Shown: positions 9,398-15,886 of the stretch, piece by piece
Numbering within the stretch: position 1 is the first letter of the stretch
How the letters are laid out: each line of letters opens with the position of its first letter
DNA from: Ginkgo biloba
Taxonomy: Eukaryota > Plantae > Ginkgophyta
NCBI GenBank assembly: GCA_024626585.2
Contig: JANKJI020000002.1
Span: 163,123,441 to 163,139,326, forward strand
DNA: 15,886 nucleotides
Reading direction: 5' to 3'
Translations under genes and position numbers: made by a program
The notes under the pieces: generated by a model
What the model was told of the DNA's origin: nothing
Seen by the model: only the letters and a program-made list of their open reading frames with translations
The model's database searches: none

Positions 9398-10490
9398 TGT
9401 ATTAGTTGATTGATGGGCAACTATATTGAAAGAACCTAATCATGTATTGGACCATTGTGTGAAGAAACACAAATTGCCACAAATTTTGAGATATTCTCAC
9501 AAGGGACCCATAGGAGGACACGTGGCTTGTGAGGAAACTAGTCGGAAGATCTCGAATGTGGGATTGTGGTGGCCTACTTTGTTTGAAGATGCAGATTATT
9601 AGCTTAAAAAGTGTGATGTTTGTCAACAAGTTGGGAATCCTATTTTGGCGCAAGCACCATTTGAGCATTGGGGGTTGGATCTTGTGAGGATATTCAAACC
9701 AATAACTTGATGAACATGCATAAGGTATGGCTTGGTTTTTAATGATTATATGATTAAATGGTGTGAGCCTCGTCAAGTTCTATATCAAGATAAGCATACC
9801 ACAATTGCAGTTTTGTATGAAGCTATCCTAAGATGATTGTTTGTCCGGAACAGTTGATTAGTGATCAAGGAGGTGGTTTTTTGAATGACATGATGGAAAT
9901 TTTGATGAAGCCTTTTATGATAATTTAGAAGTCAATACCATATTACCCCAAGTGCAACAGTTAGGCTAGGAGTTCAAATAAGATCTTAGAAAAAGCCTTA
10001 CGGATGATTTGTGATCTTGGTTGAGTAATTGGGCAGAAAAGTTTTTGTTTGGATTATGGGGCTTTTGAACAATAGGTGAATGAGCAATAAATGAAATGCC
10101 ATTTCAGTTTGTGAATGGATTGGAAGTGGTTGTTTGGATTGAGTTCGAGGTTCCAAGTTAGTGTGTAGCACTAGAGCGCTGCATAGGTAATGGAGCTTCT
10201 AATCTAACCAACTGTAAGTTGCTGCAATTTAGTTCATTGGGCCATGAGTTATGACAAGAAATGGCAAATGGCATGGCATGATTGCCATAAAAAAGACTTG
10301 ACATTCAAAGAAGGCAACTTGGTGGTGTTATATGACAATAAGTTCCACATCCATCTAAGTAATCTTAAATTATGTTGTCTTGGTCCCTATAAATTGGAAA
10401 ATGTATTTGATAATGGCACAATTTGTTTTCAACAATTAAATGGCGACTTGCTACTAAAGCTCATAAATGGTACTTGATTACCAAAAGTGT
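9398..10490 (+). pseudogene. Ty3/gypsy integrase (HHCC zinc finger, DDE core, GPY/F), multiple stops and frameshifts
   Basis: HKGPIGGH (9498-9521), GLWWPTLFEDA, CDVCQQVG (from 9612), PFEHWGLD (D at 9678), CPEQLISDQG (D at 9863), YYPKCNS*ARSSNK (third acidic residue lost), PFQFVNGLEVVVWIEFEVPS, WHD..FKEGNLVVLYD..LGPY (10382-10390). No chromodomain is seen after it. Confidence 0.95.
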
Positions 10491-11916
10491 CATAGCAACG
10501 GCTTGCACTTGTAAATGAGTAGGAGTTAGTAGGTGTGTGAAGTGAGTTGAAAATAATAAATTAAATATAAGAAAAGGTTTAAAATAAAGACAAAAGCTAT
10601 GTTGTTTGACTAGTCACTTTATGAAGATTTGCTGAGGCCAATAGAGATTTCTAAATTAGTCACCATTTTACCGAATGATTACGATCATAAAGGACATGAT
10701 GATTGATATGTATGATCTTCACCAAGTATGGCAATCATAATCTTGAGAATGGGCTTGTTGACTCAAATTTTGACCTACAATCAGGATTATCATGCCACAT
10801 TGAATTGGATGGTGGGATAGTTACTCAAGGAGTTATTTAAATAGTGAATGAGTATTGTTGTCTTCACCAGTTGCAGATCTATGAAGCATAGTGTGATTAT
10901 TGAGTAGAGTACACGATAGATTTGAGATTGTGAACTATGGTGGTTCGTGCTACTTGACATGACAACACAGTTCACAACATTACATGGAGTTTTCAGTTTA
11001 GTGTGTGATGAGTATCTATGATTTGGTTGTATGGTGATAATGGAGTTGGACACGAGTGGTTACACAACACACTCTAATATGAACATTAGGAAGCATGATT
11101 GTGATGAGCTCTGTAAAAAATGGGTGTTGTGGTCAGTGGATGATGGACATAGGCTTCTGTCATTTGTTGGAAGTTTCACTAGTTTTTGTAGAGCCAAAAT
11201 TTGCCTAATGAATATGTCTACATGGTTGTTGAGCAAACAACCTTGGTGGAAAATTTAGAATTAGTTGTTAGTGAAGTTTTGGGGATGATAAATATTGGTC
11301 AATTGATTGAAACAATAAAAATGAGCCTCTTGGAAGCGATGAAATTACTCTATAATTCTGTAGTATTCCTTCAAGCAAGTTTTGTTGAAATTATCATTTT
11401 CTCCTCTATAAAAATTGAAGACAAATGAAAAGCTAGTGAGATCGACTAAGGTGGTTGACAATGTCATAATTGTAGTAATGTTGGCAGAGTTCCAACAGTA
11501 AAAGAGAGAATTAAGTTTGTCGCAATATTTAATCACATAACTAGATCATACACCTACTTTTGTAGGTGACAATTTTGTTGTTGCAATCTGACTGTAGGCT
11601 ACTATTAAAGAGGATCTACTACATTATTTGAGCATCATTGGCAGATGATGAGGTTGAGAAAGTCATGATTGTTAGGAGATGTTGGAGGAAAGGGAAGTAG
11701 TCTATGGCACAACCTACAGTTCTTCCATGTTTACTGGAATCATCTTAGGCTTTTGAGTTTGCTACTGTAGTTAAAGAAGAAATCGTGTTGTATCCTTCAC
11801 AGTAGATTTTGGAGGANNNNNNNNNNNNNNNNNNNNNNNNNNNNNNNNNNNNNNNNNNNNNNNNNNNNNNNNNNNNNNNNNNNNNNNNNNNNNNNNNNNN
11901 NNNNNNNNNNNNNNNN

Positions 11917-11933
11917 GAGAGAGAGAGAGAGAG
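11917..11933 (+). repeat. (GA)n microsatellite abutting a gap
   Basis: gagagagagagagagag is seen directly and probably extends into the N gap. Confidence 0.9.
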
Positions 11934-12974
11934 TTGGTATTTTGGATCTTAGATGGAGCAAGAAGATTCATTTTTGTGATCGGAGTTCTTGTTGGAAATC
12001 TATAAAAAAAATAAAAATTAGTAGGTCTGAAATAGGAGCAACAACTTTGACCAAGGGCTACATGGGTCAAATGAACTCCGATTGACCTTGGACTTGTTCC
12101 ATCGAATGTGTTTTTGAAAGAGTTTTTTGGAAATGTATTCTCAAGTCCTAGACGGAGTTGTAACATCATTTTTCCAATTCGAGGTTTTGTTGGAAGAAAA
12201 ACTTGAAGAGTGTCTTGCTGGAAGCAATCCAAAAAACCCTAGATTGAAGCAATATTTCAATGAATTTGCTGAGGAGACTGTTTGAATATTGTAGAGGTCA
12301 TGGAGGCACCACAATTGCTAGAAGCAATGAAGGTAAGGGTTGCATACCCTATTGGTAAGAAAAGCTTGTATCGTAAGGTTATTAGGTCTCCTTATATTCT
12401 AATGCAATATCATAAGTTAATATAAATTAACGCGTTGGATATGGGAGGTTGCTTTACTAATTGACTTGTTGCTTGGAGGCTAGACGCCAATGTATGAGGT
12501 TTAATGAACCTTTGAGTGTTATGCTATAGTGGAATATTAATGCTTATAAAACTTATACATGGCTAGATTCCATGAGTTGGATCCTCTATAAATGGTTCAA
12601 CACCCTATATGGGGAATGGATTTAGCTTGGGTGGATCTTGTAAGAAACTACAATAGTATGGTTGGTTCTCGTAGAATGCTACAAGCAACATGAGTGGATC
12701 ATGTGAAATGTTGCTAGAAGGGTTCTTATGAGAGTGGTATCTCGCATAGGTAATATCAGGGAGACACCAAAGAGTTTTTATTGGCAGTGTTCTTGGTTGA
12801 ATGGGAGGGGATCATCTAACACATAAGCCCCATGCAGTCTTGCTCAGTCATTAGAGTTTGGAGAAGAAGGTGGACCATGTCTTAGAGTGGAACTATAAAT
12901 TTGTCTTTTTACTGATTATCTATTAGTTGAGCAAGATGCAGGTTCTATACCTATAACTTGGGGACCCTATAACA
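11934..12974. mobile_element. Probable LTR (different family from LTR copies 1-3)
   Basis: Non-coding ~1 kb ending gggaccctataaCA, an LTR-like terminus, at exactly the base where the L1 ORF2 reading frame is interrupted. The other end is not identified. Confidence 0.5.
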
Positions 12975-13163
12975 AGGTGATTGAAAGAAAAATGTCTACT
13001 CCATGCCAAATGACATGGAGGAAAATTTCAACTTAAACCCCATCACCTTGACATCTTGGAGATGCATCACATTTAAACTACCAACGATTTGTCTCTCTTT
13101 TGACTCTGCTCTTCTTGAAATGGTCTGTGAGCCCTTTGACATTCCAAGTAATTGAGCATTCAT
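12975..13163 (-). pseudogene. L1 LINE ORF2, N-terminus of the AP-like endonuclease, truncated
   Basis: Minus strand: ITWNVKGLTDHFKKSRVKRETNRW / NVMHLQDVKVMGFKLKIFLHVIWHG matches EN motif I (SWNVRGL) and motif II (LQETK) at the usual spacing. There is an ATG at 13163, out of frame by one frameshift. Confidence 0.85.
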
Positions 13164-13383
13164 CAAGAATAGTCCAACCTTTCATAGAGCATGCCCTTTA
13201 TCACATCCTCCTTGGGTTTTGGCAAGTCATCAAATTGATTGCTTCTTAATTTGGCCTTTTGTCTTTAATTGAATAAGTCATTCAACATGACTACTTGTCT
13301 TGGTTTTAGAGAGGAAGAAACATCATTTTGAGACCAAAAATTGATGCCCTTGCAGCCAACAAAGGTGGAGAAGTATTTGTTCC

Positions 13384-13433
13384 TCTAGGGGCAAGCTTAT
13401 TTCTTCTAGGGGCAAGTTTATTTCTCTAGTGGC
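13384..13433. repeat. 21-bp tandem repeat, ~2.4 copies
   Basis: tctaggggcaagcttatttct / tctaggggcaagtttatttc / tctagtggc. Confidence 0.9.
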
Positions 13434-13639
13434 TACAATGTGCTAAGATTGTCTAGATGCAGATTGCATTTGCTTAGAAGTTGCAAAGGCAACACCTTTA
13501 CTATTTTTGTTGGTTGCTAACACTTGCATTAACAACATGATGTTTTGCTTAGTTTTTTTTTAATTTCCCACTATAGTGTATGACTTGTTAACATGATCTA
13601 CTTAAGCAATTTTAGTGCGATTATTGATTGGACTATTAG

Positions 13640-14200
13640 CATTCTTTTGTCAACAATGCTTAATGAGTCTACAATCCCTTGTTTATCATGGCATTTGAAA
13701 GAAGCACCAGGGATATGACCTTTTGCTTAAAGCTTCTTTGGCCACACTATATATTAGTTACCTCTTTGAGGTTTTGGAAGAGATCATCTTGATTACAAAC
13801 TCTTTTATTAGGTAGTGGGTAGAAGGTATGTGGGGCTAATGACAAATAATCTCCCCAAGTGAGCCAAAAAAGAGATAAAAACTCCTAAAAAGGCATTGAT
13901 TGAGAATTCTATTCACTAAACAATGGAGAGAAGTTGGGGTTTTCACTTATAATCTATAGTTCAATGACTACAACTAACCAATCTCTTTCAACACTTCCAA
14001 AGGCCTCTAGAAAAGACTTGATTACTACTTTCAACATTTTTCCAACCAGAGTAAATATTTTTGGTAAGATTGTGGATGAAATGCACCTTCCATTCATATA
14101 TTTCCCATTTAGTGCCTAAGCACTAAGCACTTGTTTAAATTGTGATCTACCAACAAAATAACTAGCCAAAGTTCAAGCAAGGAGATCACATGCAACATTA
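13640..14200 (-). pseudogene. L1 LINE ORF1 (DUF4283-like region plus CCHC zinc knuckle), decayed
   Basis: Minus strand: LASYFVGRS...PLPNKRVC...QRSFKQKV / HIPGASFKCHDKQG / LIKHC (13652-13717), a degenerate Cx2Cx4Hx4C knuckle. It lies upstream of, and on the same strand as, the ORF2 endonuclease, as in plant L1s. Confidence 0.65.
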
Positions 14201-14254
14201 TTAGAAGCGAATGGATCATGACATCAAGTGTAGTTGGCTTGCCTCATAGAAAAG

Positions 14255-14338
14255 CTTTAAGATGATATTGCTATCCTTTTGGGTGCCATTTGGTAAATCT
14301 TTGAGATGATATTGCAATCCTTTTGGGTGCCATTTGGT
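14255..14338. repeat. 44-bp tandem duplication
   Basis: ctttaagatgatattgctatccttttgggtgccatttggt-aaat / ctttgagatgatattgcaatccttttgggtgccatttggt, with 2 mismatches over 40 nt. Confidence 0.95.
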
Positions 14339-15886
14339 CTTTTATTAGCCTCTAACAATGTTGCCCATATTGGGAACAACTCCTCTCTTTGCAATGTGCA
14401 AATGAGATTGCTCTTGGGAAAATCTTGTACCAAGATGTGATCAAAGGATATGATTGCTAAGGGTGCTAAGCATCAAGGCAGGGGAAGGGGCATTTCCTTT
14501 CTACTATTGTGGTCAAACCCCATCCTTCACCACAAATCCACATGTTGCACTAGGTCTTCAAGTTTATTTATCGACTCAAAAATTGGAAGTTTCTTTCTTT
14601 AAAAATGAGGGTGCTTGTCAAGTGTGGATCTTACATGTTGCATAAGCTTCAACCTATCCAAGTACCAAGAACACCTTCTCGGTCTTTTTCTTGAGCATCC
14701 TTTGTAGTTCCCTTATCTTAGAAGGTTTTCAAGCAACATTCCTTACATTGGGGATGCTGTCTTTCTTGCTTTAATTTGTTTTTTGTTTATTTAAGCAATT
14801 TTCTTTGTATCATCAATTAATTCCCTATCCATTCTTAATTTATGTCCATGTAGACCTTCCAACTCTTTTTCAAATTCCTTCCTAGTAGTGTTTGCTCATA
14901 ATCTCCATATTTTTGCTTTCACCTTTTCGGTGAGTTAATCAATTTTAGCTATTATATGTGTCCCTTGACTCCCTTAGTTGCTACAACACATCCAACCAAT
15001 GCACCACTTGCAAAGATTCAAGGTAAAGCTAGATAGAGAAATGCACAATGTATACTAATAATTTTGCATTAAAAAACATAAATTGCTCCAATTTTATTCT
15101 TGAGCAAAGAATATATGAAGTACTTACCAATGAGAGGGCCTTGTTTGATACAGAAAGGGTAGTGACATTCATTCCCTTATCATGGATTTCTAGTGAATTC
15201 ATCTACCATCCAAATCCAACTCCATACAGATGACACGACTTTGTGTGGGCCAATGCAATGCCCAATTCATAAATGATAACATGACTTTGTGTAAATCACC
15301 AAAGGATACTCTATGAGTACATTAGATTGCTTAGACTCCATAAGCAATCTACAAAATGGTTACCCAAACAACATGCATAATTGTCCAAGTTTTAAGCTAG
15401 GTTGAGTGCTCTTGTCCTTTTAAAAACTAACAATTGTTCTCCCGTGCCAACAAACAATAACAATTTCTTAGCATAAATGGGTAGGTATGTGCTGTTTACT
15501 ACTAAATGCATCATAGTAAAAGGGTCATCAATTTTTAGTGACAGGCCTAGAGAGACCGGATTGCAATACTGCTACTCTCACCAACAACGTTGCATCCTGA
15601 TGGCTTTAGGAGTAAGTCATTGGCTACTAGATGATGAAAGAAATAACACTTATAGAATTGCAATGGTTAACTCAGTCTCAAGAAGACATAAACATCTATA
15701 CTTAGCCTTGTACTAATCTCAATGTCTAAAAACCAAGGTAAACATAAACTAGGATGATACACAGAGACCACCTTAGTTTTTTAGATAGTTGGAATCTCCA
15801 TTAATCAATTTCCACTCACCCAATTTTCCTCAGTCTTCTTATCTCTGCCTCTCTATGGAGGTAGATTTGTGAGGCCAATTAAGAGG

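Larger units (their letters stand above)
8311..12974 (+). mobile_element. Degenerate non-chromoviral (Athila/Tat-like) Ty3/gypsy LTR retrotransposon
   Basis: Protease, then integrase with a GPY/F module, a long 3' region and an LTR-like end. The lineage is inferred from WWPTLF and GPY motifs and the lack of a chromodomain. Continuity across the gaps at 9163-9397 and 11817-11916 is assumed. Confidence 0.65.

Noticed and set aside
7771-9420. ORF-track entries made largely of X (also at 1073-1457, 4487-4927, 5685-6115, 11771-12232)
   Set aside because: They are open mainly because N gaps contain no stops, so they are not evidence of genes.
9402-9776. 124-aa minus-strand ORF
   Set aside because: It is the antisense shadow of the integrase and has no recognisable motif.
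13130-13185. hAT transposase-like 'GWT' motif on the minus strand
   Set aside because: The adjacent WNVKGL and LQDVK motifs and the upstream zinc knuckle fit an L1 endonuclease far better.
15229-15292. Repeat-spacer-repeat spacing reminiscent of CRISPR
   Set aside because: Only two imperfect 18-bp copies, no cas genes, and a eukaryotic TE context.

Overview
AT-rich, CpG-poor eukaryotic DNA, most likely a plant (tRNA-iMet-type PBS, plant-type Ty3/gypsy and L1 remnants). It comes from a draft scaffold with nine N gaps. I see no intact host gene, RNA gene or CRISPR array. The window is a nest of decayed transposons. (1) Three copies of a ~400-bp TGTTATG...CATAACA LTR (1964-2359, 4296-4626+, 5088-~5497). 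The first has a PPT before it and a PBS after it, and with the second it brackets a ~1.9-kb internal region with no recognisable gag/pol. (2) A minus-strand Ty3/gypsy integrase C-terminal fragment (~6829-7170). (3) A plus-strand non-chromoviral (Athila/Tat-like) Ty3/gypsy remnant with protease (8320-8593) and full integrase (9398-10490) but no visible RT/RNase H, followed by a long 3' region and a probable LTR ending at 12974. (4) A minus-strand L1 LINE (ORF1 with zinc knuckle, start of the ORF2 endonuclease) cut off exactly at 12974. There are also small tandem duplications and several perfect hairpins. All protein calls come from manual translation and motif recognition, with no database search. 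I found no convincing evidence of a wholly new biological system. The best leads are the tandem non-autonomous LTR element and the apparently RT-less gypsy.
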